Positions 30,126 through 40,157 are shown, numbered from the stretch's first letter. The stretch is 64,000 bases of DNA from Acidimicrobiia bacterium (GCA_029263095.1 JAJCYA010000002.1:32511-96510), one strand, 5' to 3'. A program made the numbers and translations. Notes: generated by a model from the letters alone, not told the origin.

Positions 30126-31078
30126 CGGCAGTCAGCACCAAGTACGGCCCACCGGAAGTCGTGAGTCTCGAAGACGTCGCCAAACCGACGCCCGGAGACG
30201 ACGAGCTGCTGATCAAGGTGCGCGCCACCACCGTCAATCGGACGGACTGCGGATACCGCGCAGGCAGACGATTGCCTATCAGGCTCTTTAGCGGGCTCCG
30301 TCGGCCGAAGGTCGCCATCCTCGGCACCGAGTATTCCGGAGAGGTCGTGGCCGTAGGCGCAGACGTCACAGGCTTCGCACTGGGTGACCGGGTGTGCGGG
30401 TACTGCGAGGGCACTTTCGGCGCCCACGCCGAGTACATGACCATCCAAGCCGAGCGTCTGATCGCACGTATCCCCACAGATTGGACCTTCGAGGAGGCTG
30501 CTCCCAGTACCGAGGGCTCCCACTACGCCCTCGGCATGCTGCGGGGTGCTGAAGTCGAGAGTGGGCAGGATGTCCTCATCTACGGTGCGACCGGTGCCAT
30601 CGGATCGGCTGCCGTCCAACTCGCCAAGAGCCTCGGTGCCAACGTGACTGCGGTCTGTGGTACCCAGCATGTGGCGCTCGTCGAGCGTCTTGGTGCCGAT
30701 CGAGTCGTCGACCACGAGACCACCGACTTCACGAGGGACTCACAGAAGTACGACCTGGTGCTCGATGCGGTCGGCAAGAGTTCCTTCCGGCGCTGCCGGC
30801 GACTGTTGAAGCCCCGCGGTATCTACATCTCGTCGGAGGTCGGGCTCTTCTGGCACGGCCCGCTTCTGGCGCTCATCACTCCCCTATTCCGACGCAGGAA
30901 GCTCATGTTCGTGATCCCGAAGCGTGATCCGGAGGGGACCAAGTATCTCAAAGCGCTCATCGAATCGGGAGAGTTCAAGCCGGTCGTCGACAGGCTGTAC
31001 CCGCTGGACCAGATCGTCGAGGCGTATCGCTACGTCGAAACGGGTGAGAAGGTCGGCAACGTCGTGATCACCGTCTAG
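30126..31078 (+). CDS. Zinc-independent MDR-superfamily NAD(P)H:quinone oxidoreductase / enoyl reductase-like protein
   Basis: MMKAAVSTKYGPPEVVSLEDV...GATGAIGSAAVQLAK (Rossmann GxxGxxG) and ...GKVVI-like C-terminus. Confidence 0.85.
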
Positions 31079-31128
31079 CGAAGACGGAAGGACGGCGTCT
31101 GGCCAACAGACCTCGGCGACGACCGTGA

Positions 31129-32106
31129 TCAGCCTGTTGTGCCGAGGCCGCCCTCTGTGTCCTCTACGTCCCAGCCGTCATCCAACAGATCGTGGACCTC
31201 CGGCTCCGCCTTGTCTCCGGGGGCACGCGGGCGTCCACCCGGTCCGGGAGGCGGTACCCGAGGCTCGGGTGGTGGTGGTGGTGGTGGTGGTGAGGCAGGG
31301 CCAGATGTCCCCACGAACACGCCTTTGGCGACGGCAATGCCGATCGCAGCCACTACCACTACGCCGACGATTACTGTGGTCGACACTCCCCCGTCGTCCT
31401 CATCGAACGGCTGCGAGGCGTCCGCTCCCTGGGTGGCATCCGTCGAGGGACCGCCGGTTGCGGGATCATCCCCACGGGGAGGTGGGGGCACGTTCGCCCC
31501 GGATTCGGGCTCATCCCCCAAGGCCGCGACGATCCTGCCGTCGATCGCACGCGCCAGCGCTTCGGACCTAGCGCCTAGGTCGGCCGCCGACAACGCGGGA
31601 CGACCCTCGTAGGGACCCAGGAACGTCTTGACGTGAACGTAGAGGTCGGCTCTGCGGAATGCGACGACATACTCCTCGACCGGACCGGTCTCAGCGGCGT
31701 CGACTCCGGCGAGTCCCTCGTCACCGATGTCGATCGGGCCACCGGCAACTTGCGAGTAGTCGTCGGCTAGGAGGCCATCAACGTCACCCCACTGAGGCGA
31801 CGCAATCCAGACGTCGAAGAGGTGGACCGGAGTCTGGCCATCGCTGCTCGGGGTGCCCAGTTGGTAGGCGGCAACGCAGTCCGTGAAGTCTCGACGCTGC
31901 TCCTGCCCGATCTCGGCGCCCCCCACCTCCTGCGGCAGGAACTCACATAGGTTTTCCCGCACAACGTCGACCCCGGCCCCGGCAACAGGGGCAAGGAGAA
32001 CGAGGAGGGTCGCGGAGACAAGGAGTGACGCCCGAACACGCAACGACTTCCAGATCGACGGAGAAGCCCCGGGGCGTTGGTGGCGCCGCCGGACTTCAGA
32101 CCTCAT
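31129..32106 (-). CDS. Hypothetical secreted protein with a C-terminal TM and a poly-Pro cytoplasmic tail
   Basis: Signal peptide (LLVSATLLVLLAPVAGAG), then a globular domain, then TM (VIVGVVVVAAIGIAVA), then PPPPPPPPEPRVPPPGPGG. Confidence 0.5.
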   Translation of the reverse strand: MRSEVRRRHQRPGASPSIWKSLRVRASLLVSATLLVLLAPVAGAGVDVVRENLCEFLPQEVGGAEIGQEQRRDFTDCVAAYQLGTPSSDGQTPVHLFDVWIASPQWGDVDGLLADDYSQVAGGPIDIGDEGLAGVDAAETGPVEEYVVAFRRADLYVHVKTFLGPYEGRPALSAADLGARSEALARAIDGRIVAALGDEPESGANVPPPPRGDDPATGGPSTDATQGADASQPFDEDDGGVSTTVIVGVVVVAAIGIAVAKGVFVGTSGPASPPPPPPPPEPRVPPPGPGGRPRAPGDKAEPEVHDLLDDGWDVEDTEGGLGTTG

Positions 32107-32255
32107 GCCCGAGTACCTCGGGTCCGTTCATGTCCTCCATCAGCACCCCCTATCAGGGCATTCAGCCTACGCCGGGGCGGTCGGAAGCGTGGGCTGAATG
32201 CAACGCGGTGTACGCCCTTGGGGGAGCGAAGAATCGTCCGAGGCACGATGACGTG

Positions 32256-33575
32256 TCAGCCGTTTGGAGGTGAGACGGTGACCCAATCGACTCCGACGAT
32301 CACCACCCGATCTCCCCATTTCACGACGTCGCGACCTGGGACGAAATACTCCCCGTCGGCTTTGTCGAGGGTCCACTGGGCACCATCGGTCGACGTCCAG
32401 ATCGCCTCGGGAAACTGGCTCCCTGCCAGGGCGATGAAGCGGCTCCCCAACCAGACCACACCGTTTGGCAAGACGAGAGAGCCGACCGGTACGGGCGGCA
32501 ACTCGACCCGGTTCCACTCCTGCCCATTCTCACTCCACCAGGCGACCGCGAATCCTTCACTCGGCGTGCTGTCCGCGTTGGGGCGCTCGGAGCCCACCGC
32601 GACGAACCGGCCTCCGCCGGCAGCGAGGTCTTCGATTTGAATCCATCCACCTTCTGGTGCGTCGGCGCCTCCTCTTGCCCAGGTCACCCCATCGTCGCTC
32701 ACCCACGAGAGGAGTTGCGCTTGTCGGTTGCCTCTGAGTCCGACTGCAACCACGACGTCGCCAAGCGTCGCAGCTCCCGCAAGTCTGAGTTCCGGCCCGG
32801 GGGGTTGATCCTCGCTGAACGTCGTCCACGGTCCGGATCCGAAGAAGCTGACGGCGGTGAAGTCGGAGTCATCGGTGCGGTAGGGCTCCCACCACTGGCC
32901 GTTGGCGAACAGATGAACTCGCCCGTTTTCGCCGGTGATGTAGCCGAGATCCATGATGCGGAAGTTCTTCGGACCATCCAGGCGCTGATCGATCCCCGTG
33001 TCGTCAGGACCCTGGAGCAGGATCGCTCCATCGACGCCGCTGGTCACGAGCCACAGGTCGGCTCCGGCACCTTGGCTGCTCACACCCTGCTGAGGAGGAG
33101 CTGCGAACACGCCGTAGAGAGTGTCATCGACGCTCCCCAGCACCATCTGGTGGCGGATAGCGCCCGCACTCGGGAGCGTGCTCTCGGTAGGAAGTCCAAG
33201 TCCCACCAGGTCGACGCGTTCCCAAGTCGAGCCGTCCAACGTGAACGCCAGGATGAACTCGTTCTCTTCATCACGTCCGGCCAGCCACAGGCGGTCGCCG
33301 GCAGCCGCTGCGCTGGCCGGCTGGAAATCGATCTGACTCGTCGTCCACCCTTCATTCGGCAGCGTCGTCGTAGTCGCGGCGGCCACCGTCGTCGTGGAGG
33401 AGACCACCGCTGTCGTCGTCACCGTTGGCGGAGGATGCGGGGCGGTCGACTCGTCTGGGCCGGAAGTCCCGAGGGATGCAGTATCGGCTCCGCCGCATGC
33501 CGCCACAGCGATCGAGATCGTCGCAAGGAGCCCACTGAGCACGGACGGTGTCGAGTGAGGTACGCGACTGCTCAT
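32256..33575 (-). CDS. Secreted lipoprotein with a BNR/sialidase-like beta-propeller (439 aa)
   Basis: Lipobox IAVAACGG, a Thr-rich linker, then repeated S-x-D-x-G-x-T/W-like units (SDDGVTW, STDGAQW, SENGQEW, TLDGSTW). Confidence 0.6.
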   Translation of the reverse strand: MSSRVPHSTPSVLSGLLATISIAVAACGGADTASLGTSGPDESTAPHPPPTVTTTAVVSSTTTVAAATTTTLPNEGWTTSQIDFQPASAAAAGDRLWLAGRDEENEFILAFTLDGSTWERVDLVGLGLPTESTLPSAGAIRHQMVLGSVDDTLYGVFAAPPQQGVSSQGAGADLWLVTSGVDGAILLQGPDDTGIDQRLDGPKNFRIMDLGYITGENGRVHLFANGQWWEPYRTDDSDFTAVSFFGSGPWTTFSEDQPPGPELRLAGAATLGDVVVAVGLRGNRQAQLLSWVSDDGVTWARGGADAPEGGWIQIEDLAAGGGRFVAVGSERPNADSTPSEGFAVAWWSENGQEWNRVELPPVPVGSLVLPNGVVWLGSRFIALAGSQFPEAIWTSTDGAQWTLDKADGEYFVPGRDVVKWGDRVVIVGVDWVTVSPPNG

Positions 33576-33799
33576 GATCGGCTGAGAGAGTACTCAGGCG
33601 ACAGCGCTCTGGGCGGATGAGCGGTCTCTCTCGGCTAGCGACCAGGTAGCCGATCTCGCCGATCAGGGACCGGGAAGGCGGAGGGGCGTCGCGTGAAGCG
33701 CTTCGGCCACTGCCATTCCAAAGGCCGTGTCACAGATTCGGGCACCTCGTGCGAGTTACCCCATGACACGCCGAGCCTGGCAGGAGAGCATGGAATGAT

Positions 33800-34330
33800 G
33801 TGGCGATCGAGATGACAGGCGAAGCAGTGGCGATCGAGAGCACCTCGATGAGCGAGGACTTCCAAGAGTTCTACTCCAGGGAGCGCCGGGCTGTGGTGGG
33901 ACTGGCATACGTGCTGTCCGGGAGCCGGTCGGGAGCGGAGGACCTCGCTCAGGAGGCGTTCATCGCTGCGTTTCGCAGATGGGACGAGATCTCGGGATAC
34001 GACGACCCGGGCGCATGGGTGCGGCGGGTCGCAGCGAACAGAGCAACGTCGTGGATCCGAAGGCGTGCCGCTGAGACGAGAGCGCTCCTCCGTATCAAGG
34101 GGTCCGATTTCACGATGCCGGTGCTTGATGCAGAAGCCGACCTCATCTGGCGAGAGGTGCGGCGCCTACCGACGAGACAGGCCCAGACGATCGCGCTTCG
34201 GTACCTGGACGGACAAGAGGTTTCTGAGATCGCCGAAACGCTCCAGTGCTCGGTGAACACCGTCCACACGCACCTTCGGAGGGCAAAGGAGAGGCTCGCC
34301 CGCCGATTCGAGGACAAGGAGATCTCGTGA
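33800..34330 (+). CDS. ECF sigma factor, paralogue of the one at 26288
   Basis: FQEFYSRERRAVVGLAYVLSGSRSGAEDLAQEAF...ALRYLDGQEVSEIAETLQCSVNTVHTHLRRAKERL. Motifs align colinearly with the first sigma. Confidence 0.8.
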   Translation: MAIEMTGEAVAIESTSMSEDFQEFYSRERRAVVGLAYVLSGSRSGAEDLAQEAFIAAFRRWDEISGYDDPGAWVRRVAANRATSWIRRRAAETRALLRIKGSDFTMPVLDAEADLIWREVRRLPTRQAQTIALRYLDGQEVSEIAETLQCSVNTVHTHLRRAKERLARRFEDKEIS

Positions 34331-35394
34331 AGACGATCGACGAGAGATTGGAATATGCGGCTACTGAAGCCCGGCAAGCTGTGGCGCACCTTCCGTCGCG
34401 GACCGCCAAGTTGCCGGGCCGACCGAACCGTGTCGCCCGACACACAGCCCAACTCGTCGCGCTGGTCGCGCTGATCGTCGTGGCAGTCGGCGGAAGCTTG
34501 GTTCTCTTTGACGGGGACCCCGATGTGGCGAGCGGAGTCGCCGAATTCCCTCGCCTCGCGTTGGATGTGGACGCTGTTGGGGCCGACCTCTCCTTGGTCT
34601 TCGCCGAGGACGGAGCGACGTCGCCCCAACCTGCTCAACCGAATCTGCTGGACGTATACGGGGATCCCTCCGCCGGTATCTCCTCGGGTCGGATCTTTGT
34701 TGTGACGGACTTCGACGGCTCGGACTATTTGCGCAACGAACCGTTCAACTCTCCAGGTGTGGTTCCGGTTTCGGTGCCGACAGGGGTTGCCTACCTCCAC
34801 GACGAGGGTCTCGCCTCGGTAATCCTTTGGCAGATCGAAGAGGATCATGGTCTCGCAGTCACGATCCAGGGAGTCGGTATAAACACCGCAACGCTCCTCG
34901 ACGTGCTCGCAGGAATCCAGTACGACGAGACCGGCGCGGAGGTCGATTCCCTGCCGCCTGGCTTCACCCTGCTCTACTCCGGCCCCACGCGTACTGAGGG
35001 CGAACGCAAGGTGTATATCCACTGGGCGACGCCGCTAGGCGATGGCCCGCAGGCCACAGCCACGTTGGAGCTTCATCAGGGGGCCGAGGCCCCCTTGGAG
35101 AGGGGCAGGTACACCATCACGCCTGACGCCGGTATCTCCGCGATCAGCGAGACCCAAGTGCTCGCGAAGCCGGCCCTGCGAATGGAGCTGGGCGATGTGG
35201 TGGTGTTCCAGTGGCTCCAAAGCCCAACCGTCTACGCGCGGCTCATCGTGCTGGGTTTCTCCGATGCAGATGGAGTTGCCGCCGCCCTCCGCGAAGTGGA
35301 CGACGCCACCTGGGAGCAGATGTTCAGGAACGAGCGACCCACCGATCCCGCCTCGACAGAGACAACGGCCGCGCCGACGACGTCGTCGCCGTAA
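34327..35394 (+). CDS. Putative membrane anti-sigma factor (single TM), GTGA-coupled to the sigma gene
   Basis: GTG overlaps the sigma stop. TM LVALVALIVVAVGGSLVLF and a large extracytoplasmic domain. Confidence 0.5.
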   Translation: MKTIDERLEYAATEARQAVAHLPSRTAKLPGRPNRVARHTAQLVALVALIVVAVGGSLVLFDGDPDVASGVAEFPRLALDVDAVGADLSLVFAEDGATSPQPAQPNLLDVYGDPSAGISSGRIFVVTDFDGSDYLRNEPFNSPGVVPVSVPTGVAYLHDEGLASVILWQIEEDHGLAVTIQGVGINTATLLDVLAGIQYDETGAEVDSLPPGFTLLYSGPTRTEGERKVYIHWATPLGDGPQATATLELHQGAEAPLERGRYTITPDAGISAISETQVLAKPALRMELGDVVVFQWLQSPTVYARLIVLGFSDADGVAAALREVDDATWEQMFRNERPTDPASTETTAAPTTSSP

Positions 35395-35507
35395 CTGAAC
35401 CTCCGGCCACTGGTGCTCAACTAGAACCACGCTCTATCGCGAGGCCGCCATAGCGAACCGCCCGGCCTCTCAAGTCTCTGACCATCACAGAAGAGTGATT
35501 GCAATCG

Positions 35508-37190
35508 TCAGCTGGCGCGCCACACGTTGAGGATCGGGTGGTTGTAGCCGGTCTCTCCGACCCGATTGAGGGGGTATCCGAAGACCTCGTAGGGGTGTCG
35601 AATGTCGAAGTGGGAGCCTTCGAATAGGGCGGCGCCGAAACCTTGGAGCTGACCCGGTGTGAAGACCTCGAGTGCGGCCGCCAGAGCACCTTCGGCCATC
35701 TCGTAGGCTCCAGCAAAGTCCGAGGGGCAGATGTCGGCCTCGCAGAAGCCATCTCCGGTCTGGGCGCCGATCGGCCCCCCCGTCATGAAGAGCATCACCG
35801 GAGTGGCGTTGTCGATCTCGGTGGCGAGGGCTCGTACCGCCCGGCCGAAGATCTGCCGCAGGTCGGGTCCGACGGATTCGGGAGCACCGACACCCGCGAT
35901 GACGCCTTCGAACGCGGACCAGTGCGGCCTCCGATCTGCGGGCGGCACCTGGCCGGCGACGCTGAGGAACCCTGCTTGCCAGAGCCGGAACCCTGCCCGG
36001 CGCCACTCAGCTATCCGCACCTGTTCGTAGTCCGAAATGGCGGATTCCATCCGAAGGCATGCGGTCTGCTCGGCCGGGTCCGGATAGCAGTAGGCGGTGA
36101 GGGCCGTCTCCGCGAACCAGGGTTGTGCATACCCGATCACGACCTCCTTCTCGCGCAGCAGGTACGCGTCGTCCCAGACGGTGAGCAGGGTGTCCATGAT
36201 GTCGAGAACGGCCAGCCGGTTGAATGCCTGGAGCACCGCGTCGGGGTGTACTCCGGCGATCTCGTCCCAAGGTATCTCGACTCGCTCTGAGACGAACGAA
36301 TCGAGCGTTGCCGGTTCGGCGGCGTCCATAACCGTCTGGAGCTGCTCGGGGCTCATGCCTAGGGAGGTCATCAACACGTCGCCTCGTCGCACCAGCGAAG
36401 GATCGTCGCCGCACGACGGCACTTGGGAACAGTCTTCGCCGTTGACGACGAAGGTCCCGTCCGGCAGCCACTCGACGCTCGACACCTCACGACTCACCGT
36501 CACGATCCAGGGGGGCGACAGCACCTCTCCACCAAACGTTGTGATGTATCCGTCGCGCTGTGGTCCCACCTCAGAGTCGCCCAGCGAGTAGGGACCTTCG
36601 CCGAGAGCGTCAACGATGTTGAAGAACAACTTGGGGAGCTCCGTCTGAGGCTGCTGCAATCGCAATGAGCCATCCGGGGTGCGACAGGCTGCATACAACT
36701 CTCCTCCGACGAGGGCGTTTGAGTTACCGGCGGCTGCCTTATCAGGATCCAGGTAGGTGTCGAGGTCGAGTTCGAGAGGCTCGAGCCCAGCACAGTCGCC
36801 TGCCTCGTCGAAGGCGACTACGCACATCGTCTGTACCCCATTCTCGCCGGGAGTGCCGCGGTAGCGAAAGCGCAGACAGGAGATCCCGGAGTCGAGCGCG
36901 GTGACTTCGCCCTCGCCGACCACAACCGGCTCACCCTCGAAGTCGATGACCTCCAGCAGCTCCCCGAAACCCGCCACCGATCTGCTGTCTCCGACGGGAA
37001 CGAACACATGGGACGCAAGCCGCGCGGGAGCCCCGTCTGGGGTCAATCCATCTCCAGATGTCGTCGCCGCACCCGTGGCACCGGGGCCGCAGGCCGAGAC
37101 GACCAACGCTCCGACCAGCAGCAAGCTGGGTGTTGGGCGTCGACCAACACCCAGCCCCGCGGGCTCCGTCCGCGCGCCCATACGCCGCAT
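35508..37190 (-). CDS. Hypothetical secreted lipoprotein (560 aa)
   Basis: LLLVGALVVSACGPG lipobox. It is Cys-rich, with no recognisable catalytic motif. Confidence 0.55.
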   Translation of the reverse strand: MRRMGARTEPAGLGVGRRPTPSLLLVGALVVSACGPGATGAATTSGDGLTPDGAPARLASHVFVPVGDSRSVAGFGELLEVIDFEGEPVVVGEGEVTALDSGISCLRFRYRGTPGENGVQTMCVVAFDEAGDCAGLEPLELDLDTYLDPDKAAAGNSNALVGGELYAACRTPDGSLRLQQPQTELPKLFFNIVDALGEGPYSLGDSEVGPQRDGYITTFGGEVLSPPWIVTVSREVSSVEWLPDGTFVVNGEDCSQVPSCGDDPSLVRRGDVLMTSLGMSPEQLQTVMDAAEPATLDSFVSERVEIPWDEIAGVHPDAVLQAFNRLAVLDIMDTLLTVWDDAYLLREKEVVIGYAQPWFAETALTAYCYPDPAEQTACLRMESAISDYEQVRIAEWRRAGFRLWQAGFLSVAGQVPPADRRPHWSAFEGVIAGVGAPESVGPDLRQIFGRAVRALATEIDNATPVMLFMTGGPIGAQTGDGFCEADICPSDFAGAYEMAEGALAAALEVFTPGQLQGFGAALFEGSHFDIRHPYEVFGYPLNRVGETGYNHPILNVWRAS

Positions 37191-37328
37191 ACAACGAGGC
37201 TAAGCGGATCGCTCCGCCGGACCGGGCTTTGTTCGCTGGACCCGTGCTGTAGGAGAGGCGACGTTCGTTGGGTCAGACCGGGGCTGGCAGATCAAGTTGT
37301 GGCAGTCCGGTAGTGGCTCGTAGCGGGC

Positions 37329-38414
37329 TTAGCTTCTGTCGTTTCTGCCGGGCATATCCGGGAGCTCCTTGATATGGATGTCTCGCTGCGGGAACGGGAT
37401 CTTGATCCCGTCTGCGGCGAAGCGGCGGTAGATCTCTGAGTTCAGCTCGTGCAACACCAGCCCCCTGTCGACCGGTCGCTCGATCCAGCACAGCAGCTCG
37501 AAAGCAAGACTGGAGTCGCCGAACTCTCGGAATCGGACCCTCGGCTCCGGATCGCGCAGAGTTATCGGGTGACTCTCACCGACGTCTGTGAGGATCGCCT
37601 CGACTCGGTCGATATCGGAGCCGTAGGCGACTCCGACTGTGGTCCCAATGCGGAATTGACTGGGCGGGCCGCCTGCCTCATTGACGATCTTGGCCGCCCC
37701 CATGACACCGTTCGGAATCGATACCTCGACATCGTCGCGGGTGAGTAGTCGAGTGGAGCGCAGACCGATATTGGTCACCTCACCTCGCTCACCGCTGTCC
37801 AGGCTGATGAAGTCGCCTATCTCGTAGGGCCGGTCCGAGAGGATGGCGACACCCGCGAACAGATTCGACAGGGTGTCCTGAGCAGCAAAGCTGAGTGCTA
37901 AGCCGACGATGCCGGCCGACGCCACCCAGCCGGTGACGTTGATGTCCCAGATGACGAGGACCATGTAGACGCCCGCAACGAAGAACACCACTGCAGCAGC
38001 GTTGGAGAACAGTGGTTCGGTGGAGGGTTGGACGATTCCGAAGCGATCCGAGTTCCGTTTCATGGTGCCCAGCAGCAACCTCAAGAATCGAAGCGCAAAG
38101 ACGACCCAGACGACGACCAGAATCGTCTCGACCACCAGCACCGTTCGTCTCTCCAACGCGAGATCGAGGTCAAGGCGGTAGGTAGCGAGAATCAAGCCCA
38201 CTAGTCCGACCGTCGTAAAGATCGGACGGTGTATGAGGTCCAGGGCTTTGTCGTCGAAATCGGTCTCCGAGCGTTTGACGAGCCTTCGGAGAAACCCGGT
38301 CAGCACCCAATCAAACAGCCTCGCCAGCAGCACGAATAGGACGACGATTGCCAGCGCTTCAAGGTAAGGAAACCGCTCGAAGAAGTCGAGGGTGTCGCGC
38401 CACACATCAGACAT
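37329..38414 (-). CDS. Small-conductance mechanosensitive channel (MscS family)
   Basis: Three TM helices followed by the conserved MscS beta-domain (GDFISLDSGERGEVTNIGLRSTRLLTRDDVEVSIPNG). Confidence 0.85.
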   Translation of the reverse strand: MSDVWRDTLDFFERFPYLEALAIVVLFVLLARLFDWVLTGFLRRLVKRSETDFDDKALDLIHRPIFTTVGLVGLILATYRLDLDLALERRTVLVVETILVVVWVVFALRFLRLLLGTMKRNSDRFGIVQPSTEPLFSNAAAVVFFVAGVYMVLVIWDINVTGWVASAGIVGLALSFAAQDTLSNLFAGVAILSDRPYEIGDFISLDSGERGEVTNIGLRSTRLLTRDDVEVSIPNGVMGAAKIVNEAGGPPSQFRIGTTVGVAYGSDIDRVEAILTDVGESHPITLRDPEPRVRFREFGDSSLAFELLCWIERPVDRGLVLHELNSEIYRRFAADGIKIPFPQRDIHIKELPDMPGRNDRS

Positions 38415-38577
38415 CCGTTCCCACCGCTCCTGTCCCTTGCCCTTACCTAGAAACTGTAGGTGACGCGCACCCTCGCAGCACGGCTACGTGCGACCGGCGC
38501 CAGACCCGGCAATCGGACGCTCCACGGGTCTCACACGGTCAGTTCGGGTCCGCCTCGCCGGCTCCTCCTCAAAGAGG

Positions 38578-39660
38578 TTAGGGAGATCGGCCGGCAGGTA
38601 TGAGTTGTCGACGGTGGGGCGGGCTGGTGGGGTCGATACGCATGCCGCGGCCGTGGATGGCGACGTGGTGGTGCCACCAGCACAGGGTGACGAGGTTGGC
38701 AGGGTCGTTGGTGCCGCCTTGGGACCGGGGAACAATGTGGTGCACTTCGAGGCGGTAATTGCTTTGGCATCCGTCGACGGTGCATCCTTGGTCGCGTCCC
38801 AGGATGAAGCGTCGAAGCTTGGGTGGGATCACCCTGGTGGTGGGTCCGACTCCCAGCGGGACACCGGGGCCGGTGTCGACAAGTACCTCGACCGAGCCTG
38901 CGCACATGATCCGATCCATCGTCTCGGGTCCGACCCGGGGGCCGTTGGCGACCATCACGCCCGCCTCGGCTCCGGTTGCTGAGGCGAGGGCGGCGTCGAC
39001 GATGACGGTGACCACCGGGCCGCCGCGACTGGTTGTGGAGGAATCGGATCCGCCAGACAGCCAGTCCTGGGAAAGTGCTACCAGAGCGTCGGCGCGCCGT
39101 TGCCCGGCGGTGGCTTGGGTGTCACGAGGCAGCAGGTCGGCTCGGTCCTCTAGTGCTTTGGTGACGACCCGCCAGTCGTATCCAGTGAGTTCGGCGTGGA
39201 TGAATCCGACCGACTCATCCAGCGACGCCCAACTACGTACTGAACGCTTGGAGTGCGCCTCATGCTCGGTCCTGCGGGTGATACGTTGCTGCAGAGCACG
39301 GAGTCGGCGGATACCGGCGATGTCACGCTCGTCGGCTTGGGCCACCGTGGCGTCATCGGCGCCGACACCCACGAGTGCCGCCACTGCCGCCACTCGGTCA
39401 AACGACCACGACCCGGACTCCAGCTTCGCGATCGTCTGGGAGCGCTCAGGAGTCCGCCGGGCAGCTTCGAGCAGGTCACGAGCGGTGTGTTGGGACACGT
39501 CGAGAGCACCGGCGAGTTCATCGGCACCGGGATCTGGATCGCGCCGCAGAAGCCCACGCAGAAGGTGGACCTGACGTGCTCGGACGGCAGCCACCTGCTG
39601 CTCACACTCACGCAACGCAAGAAACACCTCCTCACGCGACATGATCGGCTCATCGAACAT
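38578..39660 (-). CDS. DUF222 + HNH endonuclease domain protein (REP13E12-like family)
   Basis: C-terminal HNH motif CQSNYRLEVHHIVPRSQGGTNDPANLVTLCWWHH, with an N-terminal DUF222-like helical region. The ORF extends upstream through the recombinase remnant, so the real N-terminus is possibly disrupted. Confidence 0.8.
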   Translation of the reverse strand: MFDEPIMSREEVFLALRECEQQVAAVRARQVHLLRGLLRRDPDPGADELAGALDVSQHTARDLLEAARRTPERSQTIAKLESGSWSFDRVAAVAALVGVGADDATVAQADERDIAGIRRLRALQQRITRRTEHEAHSKRSVRSWASLDESVGFIHAELTGYDWRVVTKALEDRADLLPRDTQATAGQRRADALVALSQDWLSGGSDSSTTSRGGPVVTVIVDAALASATGAEAGVMVANGPRVGPETMDRIMCAGSVEVLVDTGPGVPLGVGPTTRVIPPKLRRFILGRDQGCTVDGCQSNYRLEVHHIVPRSQGGTNDPANLVTLCWWHHHVAIHGRGMRIDPTSPPHRRQLIPAGRSP

Positions 39661-39720
39661 AGGAGCATCATGCCCGCCAGGTGTGACACAAAACGAGCAA
39701 ACCGAGAGGGTCGGACTGAG

Positions 39721-39803
39721 ATGAACATAACCCTCCAGGAAGTGGGCCTGACCGGAGGGTCTAGTTCTCAGCCTGTCGGAAAGCCGACGTCTCTGAACGA
39801 CGA
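39721..39803 (+). pseudogene. Remnant (last ~15-25 codons) of a large serine recombinase C-terminus
   Basis: MNITLQEVGLTGG... parallels the '...APPMNVLLSEVGLKGG' ending of the longer remnant at 42432 and of actinobacterial serine recombinases. Confidence 0.35.
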
Positions 39804-39873
39804 CCCCAACGCGAATGAGTTCCGGCAAAGCCGGAACTCCCAAGGAACGCGAAGCGTTCCCGGTGTTGGAGAG
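39804..39873. repeat. 70-bp repeat copy 1, containing two perfect hairpins; its last 14 nt equal the tRNA-Leu 3' acceptor region
   Basis: CCCCAACGCGAATGAGTTCCGGCAAAGCCGGAACTCCCAAGGAACGCGAAGCGTTCCCGGTGTTGGAGAG. It is identical, bar one T/C, to 42758..42827. Confidence 0.8.
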
Positions 39874-39919
39874 AGGACTCGAACCTCCACGGGGTATTCC
39901 CCCACTAGGCCCTCAACCT
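39860..39919 (-). repeat. Partial copy (3' 60 nt, anticodon loop to 3' end) of tRNA-Leu(GAG), an att-type direct repeat
   Basis: 59/60 identity to 43998..44057. The match ends inside the anticodon stem, which is a classic integrase crossover position. Confidence 0.75.
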
Positions 39920-40157
39920 CGAACCGCTCTTGCAGGCCCGGCGTCCGGGGGGCAACTCGGTGCCCGTCGCTACGCCCCCGGGACACATTGTGCAGCTCCG
40001 AAGGGGGCGGTGGGGAGTCTCCGACCTGCCGATAGAGATGCCTTCATCGCGTTGCACCCACACCGTGGTCCGGGGGTGCCTGTCTGGGTGCCACAACCGG
40101 ATATCCGGTCCTTGCCTCACCTCCCCCCAGCCAAGTTTGGTGGCCTCAGTGTGGCTG

